NCBI GenBank assembly: GCA_036642795.1
Contig: JAVXTH010000003.1
Coordinates: 12,443 to 76,442, forward strand
Source: Erysipelotrichaceae bacterium
GTDB lineage: Bacteria; Bacillota_I; Bacilli_A; Erysipelotrichales; Erysipelotrichaceae
Direction: 5' to 3'
DNA: 64,000 nucleotides
Positions 38,591-47,117 of the stretch are shown piece after piece. The first letter of the stretch is position 1, and every line of letters starts with the position of its first letter. The translations under genes and the position numbers were made by a program. The notes under the pieces are model-generated. The model was not told the DNA's origin and searched no databases. It saw only the letters and a program-made list of their open reading frames with translations.

Positions 38591-39148
38591 ATGCAAACTT
38601 TTTTTCAACTCTTTCCATCGCTTGTTTTATTTCTATATGCTACGTTAAAAGCTTTTTTACCATTGCCATCCTTGGAAGTTCTTTTGTTACCATTGTGTAT
38701 TATATATCCACAAAAATGGTTGTGGTTTTCGATCATTGGTGCAATTGGGACTTTCCTAGGTGGGGGGATTGGTTATGCAATCGGCAGGTCAATCACCAAT
38801 CGTGCGCTTCGTTTTTTCACAAGTGAAGAGAATATAAAAAAAGGCGAATCCTTGATGAATCGCTATGGAATCCTTGCGGTATTCATTGGAGGAATTACGC
38901 CAATTCCTGATTTTATATTAGCCTATCTTGCGGGAATTACCCATATGCCGTTTGTTGCCTTTGCGCTAAGTGATGCACTTGCACGTTTTTTAAGGTCGGT
39001 GTTGGTAACCTTTTTAATGAATCGATTACATTTGATTATCGACCTTGATCGCTTTGGTATGCGTTTAATGATATTGCTTGGATTGTTGTTTGTGATGAAA
39101 TGGGGAATTAAACAGTTTAAAACATATTATTTAGAAAGTAAGGAATGA
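38591..39148 (+). CDS. YqaA/DedA-related (VTT-domain) membrane protein
   Basis: Four to five TM helices. The FLPLPSLEVLLLP and GG.IGYAIGR patterns resemble COG1238/YqaA proteins. Confidence 0.55.
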   Translation: MQTFFQLFPSLVLFLYATLKAFLPLPSLEVLLLPLCIIYPQKWLWFSIIGAIGTFLGGGIGYAIGRSITNRALRFFTSEENIKKGESLMNRYGILAVFIGGITPIPDFILAYLAGITHMPFVAFALSDALARFLRSVLVTFLMNRLHLIIDLDRFGMRLMILLGLLFVMKWGIKQFKTYYLESKE

Positions 39149-39767
39149 TTTTATCATCGTTACATTTTTCAGGATGCCACTGAACCCCTAGAATTGGTTT
39201 TTCACAGTGCTCAATTGCTTCAATGTAGCCTTCAAGGGAAGTAGCACAAACATTCAACCCTTCACCTAATTGATCAATGCATTGATGATGATAAGAATTC
39301 ACTTCAAAGCTTGCTGGATATAAGCTATTAAGAAAGGAAGGGGATGTTTGTTTTACACGATGCCTATGTTCGTGATTGATTTGGTGTTGGCTTTCATTGA
39401 TATGTTGAAATAAACTACCATTAAAATATACATTTAAGCTTTGTAAACCTCGACAGATTCCAAGGATGGGCTTGTTTAAATCAACGAAGGCAGCAATTGC
39501 TTGAAAATCCAATGTATCAATTTCACTAGGGCATAATTGGGTATGAGAATCGATTGCTTGATGGTAATGAATTGGATTAAGATCATCTCCTCCATTTACA
39601 ATTAAACCATCGCAAATTGCCGCAACTTCTTTAAGGTAACGACTATCGGTAATGATAATTGGCAAACATCCTTCCTGCTTGATTCGATCGATATAAGCCT
39701 CATTACAAAAATATCGATTTTGTTCCTCAAAAAAGGTCTTTCTAGCTGTAATCGCAATAATTTTCAT
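39117..39767 (-). CDS. Class I glutamine amidotransferase, peptidase C26 / gamma-glutamyl-GABA hydrolase-like
   Basis: GICRGLQ nucleophile elbow, HHQ, and the GVQWHPE His/Glu motif. Confidence 0.85.
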   Translation of the reverse strand: MKIIAITARKTFFEEQNRYFCNEAYIDRIKQEGCLPIIITDSRYLKEVAAICDGLIVNGGDDLNPIHYHQAIDSHTQLCPSEIDTLDFQAIAAFVDLNKPILGICRGLQSLNVYFNGSLFQHINESQHQINHEHRHRVKQTSPSFLNSLYPASFEVNSYHHQCIDQLGEGLNVCATSLEGYIEAIEHCEKPILGVQWHPEKCNDDKIIPYFLNNMF

Positions 39768-39983
39768 TTAATCGTTTCCTTTCAAAGTATTCTATGAATT
39801 TTAAACTTTTTTGTTAATAAATATTCTATGCGCTTTCATGAACTTTGTCCAGTTATTTTAGTTAAATAATTCAAAATGTTTAGAATATATTCAATAATTG
39901 TTACTAAATGCACACTTATAACCCTAATTTATGATATTTATTAGGTATCTGGTTAAAATTTTTAGTTAAAATGTGGAAATAAA

Positions 39984-40012
39984 TTGACAAATTAGTTAAA
40001 AATGTTTATTAT
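39984..40012 (+). promoter_or_regulatory. Sigma-A type promoter TTGACA-17-TATTAT
   Basis: Perfect -35 at 39984-39989, exact 17-nt spacer, -10 TATTAT at 40007-40012. Confidence 0.6.
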
Positions 40013-40018
40013 ATTAGA

Positions 40019-40160
40019 AGGTAGTGATACCTCGTGGAAGAATTTCACTAACCTATCTTTTCTTCCCCCACCCATATGGATAGGTTAGTATCTCCCCCAA
40101 AACTATGAAATCTTCCACGTATAAAAACTAGAAAAAGATATCGAAAGATGTCTTTTTTTT
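40019..40160 (+). ncRNA. Candidate trans-acting sRNA with unpaired C-rich motifs (unclassified)
   Basis: Sits between its own promoter and an intrinsic terminator (stem 40136-40153 with GAAA loop, then U8). Nested helices pair 40033-40047 with 40106-40119 and 40048-40057 with 40079-40088. The loops carry CUUCCCCCACCC and UCUCCCCC. No ORF. Confidence 0.5.
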
Positions 40161-40273
40161 ATGATTCTATATTTTTTATGTTTCTTGCTATTAAATGAGA
40201 AATACGAGTAAATTTGTAGATTACTATTTTTATCTTTTATATGCTATAATAATAAAAAAGTGAGGGTAATATT

Positions 40274-41434
40274 ATGATAAATAAACATTATGATCATTGG
40301 ATGGAATTAGAATTAGAAACATCCATCAATTCGATGAAACAAACGGAAGATAGTTTTTGGTATGCTTTTGAAGATAGCATTTTTTATGTTGAAGGGGGAG
40401 GAATGCAACGAGATACGGGAACCATCAATGGAATCGAAGTACTTGATTTGAAAATGGAAGATGATCTTATTTGGCATCAAGTAAAAACAAAAATTGAAAA
40501 TCCAGTTTCAATGAAAGTAGACAAAGCGCAAAGAGTATTGAAATGTCAAATTCACAGTGCGTCGCATTTAATCTGTGGTTTAATGAATAAAGTGTACCAT
40601 GCTCCAACCATCACTTTTTTTACGAATGAATTTGATGCGGGAGCAGAAATGGGCTTTGATTATTTCGATGATCAAATCATGAATGAATTAGAAGTGAAAT
40701 GTAATGCTTATATCACTCAAAATTTACCAATTGAAATTGTTTATCCAACTGCAGAAGAAGCGTTAAAACATGTTCCGGATGAAAAAATTGAACATGATGA
40801 ATTACGAGCTGCCATCATTGGTGATATTGACTATAATATGTGTGGTTGTATTCACATTCCTACTTTATCTGAAATTCAAATGATTAAATTCTTACGTTAT
40901 GAAAAAACAACGAGAGGTTACCGTATTTATTTCGTATGTGGCAATCAGTTGTTAGAAACTTATGGTAAACAAAATCGAATGACACTTGAATGTGCCAAAC
41001 AATTAGGTATTCCACAATTTGAATTATTAGAAGGTGTTAATAAAATACAAAATGAAATAAAAACAAATAAGAGTGATCTAAATAATTGGAAGAATAAATA
41101 TATTGAATTGATGATTGAAAAAATTGCCATGCTTCATCCAGAAGAAAACATTGCATATTTGTTTGATGATATTGATATCAAAACGTTTCAAACCTTATGT
41201 TCAACGTTCACTCGTAACTATAAAAAAGGAATCTTCTTTATGTGTCACGATCAAGATCGATGTCATGTAATTATTTCTCATCATAAAGAATTGAATTTTG
41301 AATGTAATACTTTATTTAAAGAAATCAGTGAAAAATTTGAATTACGTGGTGGTGGAAATAAAGTGATGGCCCAAGGTGGCGGCATGTATCAAGATGGTAT
41401 TTATGAGTACTTACAAGCAATCAGCAAAAAATAA
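40274..41434 (+). CDS. alaX: AlaX-L type alanyl-tRNA editing protein (AlaRS editing domain plus DHHA1-like C-terminus)
   Basis: Zinc motifs HSASHL (HxxxH) and CGCIH (CxxxH), a C-terminal GGGNKVMAQGGG motif, and its own TGcTATAAT promoter at 40242-40250. Confidence 0.7.
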   Translation: MINKHYDHWMELELETSINSMKQTEDSFWYAFEDSIFYVEGGGMQRDTGTINGIEVLDLKMEDDLIWHQVKTKIENPVSMKVDKAQRVLKCQIHSASHLICGLMNKVYHAPTITFFTNEFDAGAEMGFDYFDDQIMNELEVKCNAYITQNLPIEIVYPTAEEALKHVPDEKIEHDELRAAIIGDIDYNMCGCIHIPTLSEIQMIKFLRYEKTTRGYRIYFVCGNQLLETYGKQNRMTLECAKQLGIPQFELLEGVNKIQNEIKTNKSDLNNWKNKYIELMIEKIAMLHPEENIAYLFDDIDIKTFQTLCSTFTRNYKKGIFFMCHDQDRCHVIISHHKELNFECNTLFKEISEKFELRGGGNKVMAQGGGMYQDGIYEYLQAISKK

Positions 41435-41445
41435 AAGGTGAGCGA

Positions 41446-42399
41446 TCACCTTTTTTCTTGATAATATTTACCTTGCCAACTATCTCTTCTTACAAATTCT
41501 TTATCAATGTCATTTAAAACGGCTTTTTTATTACCTGTCCATAAGGGGGCAATTAAGTCAGCTTGTTTTCCATCACCAGTTAATCGCTCAACAATCACAC
41601 TTGGGGGAAGAATTTCTAATTGGTCCACCACAAGTTTAATATAAGCATCTTTACTCAATAAGGGAAAAGGCGAATTTAGGTATTCTTTAGCCATCAGCGT
41701 ATCTTTCATTATATGTAACATATGAATCTTAATCGCATCAATCTTTAATTTAGCTAAGGCATCTACTGTAGCCATCATCATTGCTTCATTTTCATTGGGA
41801 AGGGAATTGATGATATGAACCGAAACTTTGATCTTTGTCTTAGCTAGCGCTTCCATGCAATCACAAAAGCATGAAAACGTATGTCCACGGTTGATTAACT
41901 TCGCGGTTTCATCATGTTTGCTCTGTAAGCCTAACTCAATCCAGATATCTTTTGTTTGACAAAGCGATGCCAGATAGGCAATCTTATCAGCTTGTAAACA
42001 ATCGGCTCTTGTAGCTAAAACAATCCCTTTTACTTCATCCATCTTTAAAAATGGTTCAATTTTAGATTGAATTGTTTCTAAAGGAGCATAAGTATTTGTG
42101 AAAGATTGAAAATATACGAAGGTTTTGTAATCCTTCCATTTAGATGAAATGAATTTTTTTCCCTCTTCGTATTGAGATAATAAAGATTGTCGATTTCCTT
42201 GAATGAACGTGCCACTTCCTTCAAACCCACAAAAAGTACAACCACCAACGCCGCAGGTACCATCTCGATTCGGGCATGTAAAACCTGCATCAATTGGTAT
42301 TTTGACAATTTTTGTATGATATTTTTCACGCATCGCATAGTTGAATGTATGGTAACGTTTATTATCTTTACTAAAGGGAAATGGATTAATTTGTTTCAT
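41446..42399 (-). CDS. TIGR01212-family radical SAM protein (YtqA/YhcC-like)
   Basis: CPNRDGTCGVGGCTFC cluster motif and a length typical of this family. Confidence 0.85.
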   Translation of the reverse strand: MKQINPFPFSKDNKRYHTFNYAMREKYHTKIVKIPIDAGFTCPNRDGTCGVGGCTFCGFEGSGTFIQGNRQSLLSQYEEGKKFISSKWKDYKTFVYFQSFTNTYAPLETIQSKIEPFLKMDEVKGIVLATRADCLQADKIAYLASLCQTKDIWIELGLQSKHDETAKLINRGHTFSCFCDCMEALAKTKIKVSVHIINSLPNENEAMMMATVDALAKLKIDAIKIHMLHIMKDTLMAKEYLNSPFPLLSKDAYIKLVVDQLEILPPSVIVERLTGDGKQADLIAPLWTGNKKAVLNDIDKEFVRRDSWQGKYYQEKR

Positions 42400-42590
42400 T
42401 TTATCACCTGATAAAAGTGTAACATATTTGTATAAAAAAAGGTAAAGTAAAATGTTTCTTTAAAAGTAACGAATTATGTTTGCAAAAGTTAACTTTCGTT
42501 ATATAATAATCTTACTTATAAAGCATATCGTCATTATGTAATTAAGTTAGTGAACATGTTTTCAATTGATAAAGATAAGGGGTATTTTAC

Positions 42591-43277
42591 ATGTTAAATA
42601 ATAAAAGAGTAATTGAATGTAAGAAATATCCTTTAACTTACACTTTGACCATTAAAAATGTTAAAAATATTAATTTAAGAATTGATCAAGCAGGGAATAT
42701 TTTAGTAAGTGCAAAGCCATTTACACCCTTAAATAAAATAGACGATTTTGTCAGTAGTAAAAATGAATGGATATTAAATAGAATTAATAAGATTGAAAAT
42801 CATAAAAAGCTTTGTGAACAGAGTAATAAACTGTTTTCATTATTTGGTCGTCAACTAAAAATTAAAATCACAAAAGGAAAAACCTGTAATAAAGTTTACT
42901 ATGATAATGAGTATTTATATATTCAAACAAAGGGAAAACAAGACCCATTTAAATTACTTTCTAAGTTTGTTGATCAGTTATGCCAAGATGTGTTTATTGA
43001 CATTATTGGAATCATGCGCAATACTTTAAATGAATACAATATCCCTACACCGGTTTTAAAGATTAGAACCATGTCTTCAAGATGGGGTAGTTGTATTCCA
43101 GCTAAAGATCAAATTACTTTAAATCGACGTCTAATTCATTATCCAATTGAATTTATCGAGTATGTAGTCTTACATGAATTGGTTCATTTTATTCAACCGA
43201 ATCATTCAAAAGCTTTTTATGAAATTATAGAGAAACATATGAGTGATTATAAGAAACGGATTCAGATGGCTACATAG
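42591..43277 (+). CDS. YgjP-like (DUF45/M48-related) metal-dependent hydrolase
   Basis: SRWGSC motif followed by HELVHFIQPNHS (HExxH). Confidence 0.8.
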   Translation: MLNNKRVIECKKYPLTYTLTIKNVKNINLRIDQAGNILVSAKPFTPLNKIDDFVSSKNEWILNRINKIENHKKLCEQSNKLFSLFGRQLKIKITKGKTCNKVYYDNEYLYIQTKGKQDPFKLLSKFVDQLCQDVFIDIIGIMRNTLNEYNIPTPVLKIRTMSSRWGSCIPAKDQITLNRRLIHYPIEFIEYVVLHELVHFIQPNHSKAFYEIIEKHMSDYKKRIQMAT

Positions 43278-43307
43278 CCGTTTTAATGGCAGAAAGTGAG
43301 TAACAAA

Positions 43308-44141
43308 ATGGTTAAAATTATAACGGACACATCCGCTTTATTCACAGTTGAACAAGGAGAAGCAATGGGTTTAAAAGTCTTACCACTTTGTGTTGCTGCC
43401 GGAGATCAACAATTTCGTGATTTATGTTTTGATGTTAATATATTTTATGATTTAATAGCCAAAGGTAATATTCCAAGTTCTTCACAACCTCCAATTGGAG
43501 AAGTTTTAGAAGCTTTTGAAGCTTGTAAAGGTGAAGAAATTATTAATATATGTATGGCAGATGGACTTTCTGGTACTTATCAAAGTGCATTAAGTGCGAA
43601 ATCACAAGCTAGTAATGGCGATGATATCATTGTTTTAAATAGTCAGACTTTATGTGGACCACAACGATATTTAGTTGAAAAAGCAATGAAGCTTACGAAG
43701 ACTTGTAAAAGCGCTAAAGAAATTATCAATAAATTACAAGATAGCATTGAACATTGTGGTTCCTTTTTAATCCCTCAAGATTTTGGTTTCTTAAAACGTG
43801 GCGGTCGTTTAAAACCTGCTGCTGCTGTGGTTGGTGGTTTCTTAAAACTAAAACCAGTTATGATGCAAGTAGATGAAGGAAAACGCTTGGATAAGTTTAC
43901 CATTTCAAGAACTCTTACATCGGCAATTAATGCGATGAGTGATCATTTTAAAAAACTAGAATTAAATGATAATTATCGTATTTATATCTCACATGCAGAT
44001 GCTCTTGATTCAGCTAAATTAATAATGGATCGATTAAAACAAACGTTTAATGAATGTGAATTTGAAATGCTTGAATTATCACCAGCCTTTATAACGCAAG
44101 GTGGGCCACATTGTATTGCGATTCAATATATTAAAAAATAA
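43308..44141 (+). CDS. DegV-family fatty-acid-binding protein
   Basis: MVKIITDTSA start, SSQPP, SGTYQSA and the L.PA.I.QGGP pattern. The alternative GTG start at 43296 lacks an RBS. Confidence 0.85.
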   Translation: MVKIITDTSALFTVEQGEAMGLKVLPLCVAAGDQQFRDLCFDVNIFYDLIAKGNIPSSSQPPIGEVLEAFEACKGEEIINICMADGLSGTYQSALSAKSQASNGDDIIVLNSQTLCGPQRYLVEKAMKLTKTCKSAKEIINKLQDSIEHCGSFLIPQDFGFLKRGGRLKPAAAVVGGFLKLKPVMMQVDEGKRLDKFTISRTLTSAINAMSDHFKKLELNDNYRIYISHADALDSAKLIMDRLKQTFNECEFEMLELSPAFITQGGPHCIAIQYIKK

Positions 44142-44335
44142 TACTTAAAAGACAATTTTATCGATCGATGGATCTTGGTAAAGTTGTTTTTTTGTTTCTT
44201 AAATAGGATTCATAATCGAATTGCTTCATGTTTAAATTAAAAATCAACAATAATTTCATAAGATTCTATTATTTACGATTGCACCATATTGATAAAAAAG
44301 GTAAAATAAATAAGATGTTGAAAGGAGTTTTTACG

Positions 44336-45172
44336 ATGTTTAAAATTTTAGAAAAAGAAAGTTTAAATTCAACTGTTACAAAAATGGTAATTCAAGCAGA
44401 GTTAATTGCAAAAAAGGCAAAGCCTGGTCAATTTATTATATTGCGTGTTTGTGAAGGTGGAGAAAGAATTCCTTTAACGATTGCTGATTATGATCGCATG
44501 AAGGGAACGATTACGATTATTTTCCAAATTGTTGGGAAAACAACGATGTTATTAAATGAATGTAAAGTTGGCGATTCTATCTTGGATTTTGTTGGTCCAC
44601 TTGGAAAAGCCAGTGATTTAGATAATAAACATAAAGTATGTGTAATTGGTGGTGGAGTTGGTTGTGCCATTGCTTATCCAGTCGCAAAAGGATTAAAAGA
44701 TAATGGTTGTGAAGTGACAAGTATTATTGGATTTAGAAATAAAGACTTGGTTATTTTAGAGAATGAATTTAAACAAGTAAGTAATAACGCCTATTTAATT
44801 AGTGATGATGGTTCTACTGGACGTAAAGGTAATGTTACCAATATCTTACAAGAATTAATTGATCAAGGAGAAACTTGGGATGAAGTGATTACAATTGGTC
44901 CTTTGATCATGATGAAATTTGTTTGCTTGTTAACAAAAAAATATAATATTAAAACTGTTGTTTCAATGAATCCAATTATGATTGATGGAACTGGAATGTG
45001 CGGTGGTTGTCGATTAAGTGTTGGTGGTGAAACAAAATTTGCTTGTGTTGATGGACCTGATTTTGATGGACATCTAGTTGATTTTGATGAAGCAATGTCA
45101 CGATCTACAACCTATCGAGAATTTGAACAACATGCAAGAGAGAATTGTAATTTAATGAAGGGGGTAAAATAA
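44336..45172 (+). CDS. nfnA: PyrK-like FAD/[2Fe-2S] oxidoreductase subunit (NfnA / ferredoxin-NADP reductase small subunit)
   Basis: The ATG at 44336 has an AAAGGAG RBS; the track start at 44228 has none. RIPLTIAD FAD motif, GGGVGCA NAD motif, C-terminal CGGCR...C cluster. Confidence 0.8.
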   Translation: MFKILEKESLNSTVTKMVIQAELIAKKAKPGQFIILRVCEGGERIPLTIADYDRMKGTITIIFQIVGKTTMLLNECKVGDSILDFVGPLGKASDLDNKHKVCVIGGGVGCAIAYPVAKGLKDNGCEVTSIIGFRNKDLVILENEFKQVSNNAYLISDDGSTGRKGNVTNILQELIDQGETWDEVITIGPLIMMKFVCLLTKKYNIKTVVSMNPIMIDGTGMCGGCRLSVGGETKFACVDGPDFDGHLVDFDEAMSRSTTYREFEQHARENCNLMKGVK

Positions 45173-46563
45173 TGGCGAATATGAGCTTGAAAAAAATAGT
45201 CATGCCACATCAAGATCCTAAAATTCGGGCGACGAATTTTGATGAAGTTGCTTTAGGTTATGATGAAGAAATGGCCGTTGAAGAAGCAAATCGTTGTTTA
45301 CATTGTGTGAATAAACCATGTATGAATGGTTGCCCAGTAAGTGTTAATATTCCTGAGTTTATCGAGGATATTAAAAATCGTAAATTTGAAGATGCGTATC
45401 AAAAAATCAAAGCAACAAGTTCTTTGCCGGGAGTTTGTGGTCGCGTTTGTCCCCAAGAAAGTCAATGTGAAAAATATTGTGTTCGAGGAATCAAAGGGGA
45501 AGGTGTTGCGATTGGTCGTTTGGAACGTTTTGTAGCGGATTATCATAGCAATCATGTACAAACTGAAGTTAAAAAAATCGCAAGCAACCATCATAAAGTT
45601 GCCATTATTGGTTCCGGTCCTGCTTCTTTAACTTGTGCTGGTGATTTGGCTACGATGGGCTATGAAGTTGTTGTATATGAAGCACTGCATGAAGCAGGAG
45701 GAGTTTTAATTTATGGAATTCCTGAATTTCGTTTACCAAAAAAGATCGTTCATGAAGAAGTTGAAAACCTTAAAAAATTAGGAGTAGAAATCAATTGTAA
45801 TATGGTAATTGGTAAAGTCCTTGAAATTGATGAACTATTTGATATGGGATTTGAAGCTGTTTTCATTGGAACTGGAGCAGGCTTACCTAGCTTTATGAAT
45901 ATGCCAGGAGAAAATTTAAAAGGTGTTTATAGTGCCAATGAATTTTTAACCCGAATTAATTTAATGAAGGCATACCAAGAAAATGTCGATACACCGATTC
46001 AACATGCGGAAAGCTTAGCTGTTGTTGGTGGTGGAAATGTTGCGATGGATGCTGCAAGATGTGCAAAACGTCTTGGCGTAAAAAAGGTTACGATTGTTTA
46101 TCGTCGTAGCATGGAGGAACTACCAGCGCGAGCAGAAGAAGTTGAACATGCAAGGGAAGAAGGCATTGAATTTAAACTACTATGTAATCCAAAACGAGTG
46201 TTAGGGGATGAACAAGGTTGGGTTAAAGGCATGGAATGCGTTGAAATGAGCTTAGGCGAAGCTGATGCGAGTGGCCGTGCACGACCAATCGAAAAAGTAG
46301 GAAGTGAATTTGTCATCGATATCGACTGTATGGTCATGGCAATTGGTACTTCTCCCAATCCATTAATTCGTTCAACAACGAAAGGATTAGAAACAAATAA
46401 ACGCGGTTGTTTAATCGCAGATGAACACGGTGCAACAACAAGAGAAGGCGTTTTTGCAGGGGGCGATGCTGTGAGTGGAGCCGCTACGGTTATCTTGGCA
46501 ATGGGAGCAGGAAAACAAAGCGCAAAAGCAATCGACGAGTATATTAAGAATAAAGTAAAATAA
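45172..46563 (+). CDS. nfnB: GltD-family NADPH-dependent oxidoreductase (NfnB / glutamate synthase small-chain-like)
   Basis: N-terminal Cys clusters (CLHCVNKPC, CGRVCPQESQCEKYC) and two dinucleotide folds (IIGSGPAS, VVGGGNVAMD). TAATG overlap with nfnA. Confidence 0.85.
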   Translation: MANMSLKKIVMPHQDPKIRATNFDEVALGYDEEMAVEEANRCLHCVNKPCMNGCPVSVNIPEFIEDIKNRKFEDAYQKIKATSSLPGVCGRVCPQESQCEKYCVRGIKGEGVAIGRLERFVADYHSNHVQTEVKKIASNHHKVAIIGSGPASLTCAGDLATMGYEVVVYEALHEAGGVLIYGIPEFRLPKKIVHEEVENLKKLGVEINCNMVIGKVLEIDELFDMGFEAVFIGTGAGLPSFMNMPGENLKGVYSANEFLTRINLMKAYQENVDTPIQHAESLAVVGGGNVAMDAARCAKRLGVKKVTIVYRRSMEELPARAEEVEHAREEGIEFKLLCNPKRVLGDEQGWVKGMECVEMSLGEADASGRARPIEKVGSEFVIDIDCMVMAIGTSPNPLIRSTTKGLETNKRGCLIADEHGATTREGVFAGGDAVSGAATVILAMGAGKQSAKAIDEYIKNKVK

Positions 46564-46575
46564 TTGTGAAAGGGG

Positions 46576-46603
46576 TTACAAGTCTTAAAATCTATGGTAT
46601 AAT
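46576..46603 (+). promoter_or_regulatory. Promoter-like element TTACAA-16-TGgTATAAT, 13 nt after the nfnB stop
   Basis: -35 TTACAA at 46576-46581 and extended -10 TGGTATAAT at 46595-46603. Confidence 0.45.
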
Positions 46604-46804
46604 ATAACCAGAAGTAAGGGAAGCCTTCTTCTAACCATCATTTTTTTCATTCTAACACCTTTCTTTTATAACACTTAGGCAATGTTATAAAAGAGTTGAA
46701 TCCGTCACTGTTTATATTCCTTCCTTAAATATAAAAAAAATTAGGATTCAACAAACGTTTCTTATTCATATTTCCTTTCAATTAATGTTTAAGACACTTG
46801 AGAA

Positions 46805-46831
46805 AACACAGTTATAATTGCTGTGTTTTTT
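46805..46831 (+). terminator. Intrinsic terminator closing the orphan intergenic region
   Basis: AACACAG/CTGTGTT stem with a 9-nt loop, followed by T6. An A-run upstream makes it potentially bidirectional. Confidence 0.6.
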
Positions 46832-46854
46832 CTTATCCTTTTTTTGATTCGCGC

Positions 46855-46883
46855 TTGACGTTAAGTTTAATATTCGCTATACT
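46855..46883 (+). promoter_or_regulatory. Sigma-A promoter TTGACG-17-TATACT for the leuS T-box leader
   Basis: Hexamers at 46855-46860 and 46878-46883 with a 17-nt spacer. Confidence 0.6.
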
Positions 46884-46889
46884 TGTTTT

Positions 46890-47094
46890 TGTAAGCTAAG
46901 AAGTAGAATAGTAGTTATGAAGTCTGGTATAGAGAACTGATGGTTGGTGAAAATCAGAGCAGATACATAATGAATTAACTATGGAGCAAATCCGTATGAT
47001 CCGCGTTAAGGAGAATGAAGTGCATATTTCGATTGGGATATGAACTAAGGTGGTACCGCGTGATTCACGTCCTTAGAATTAAGGACGTTTTTTT
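46890..47094 (+). promoter_or_regulatory. T-box riboswitch leader (leucine specifier) controlling leuS
   Basis: AGAGA (46931) and GGUGAAA distal-loop elements. GAA-UUA-A specifier context at 46972-46978. T-box sequence AACUAAGGUGGUACCGCG at 47043-47060. Terminator ACGTCCTTA/TAAGGACGT followed by T7 (47067-47094). Confidence 0.9.
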
Positions 47095-47117
47095 ATGTTC
47101 AGAAAGGTGGATTTATT

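Noticed and set aside
46585-46650. SD-preceded 21-codon minus-strand ORF (MKKMMVRRRLPLLLVILYHRF), antisense to the plus-strand promoter and 5' end. Considered as a type I toxin with an antisense antitoxin. A second 14-codon ORF lies at 46725-46769.
   Set aside because: The hydrophobic stretch is only about 9 residues, too short for a membrane-spanning type I toxin. There is no clear minus-strand promoter or terminator. It is kept only as a note within the orphan-region finding.
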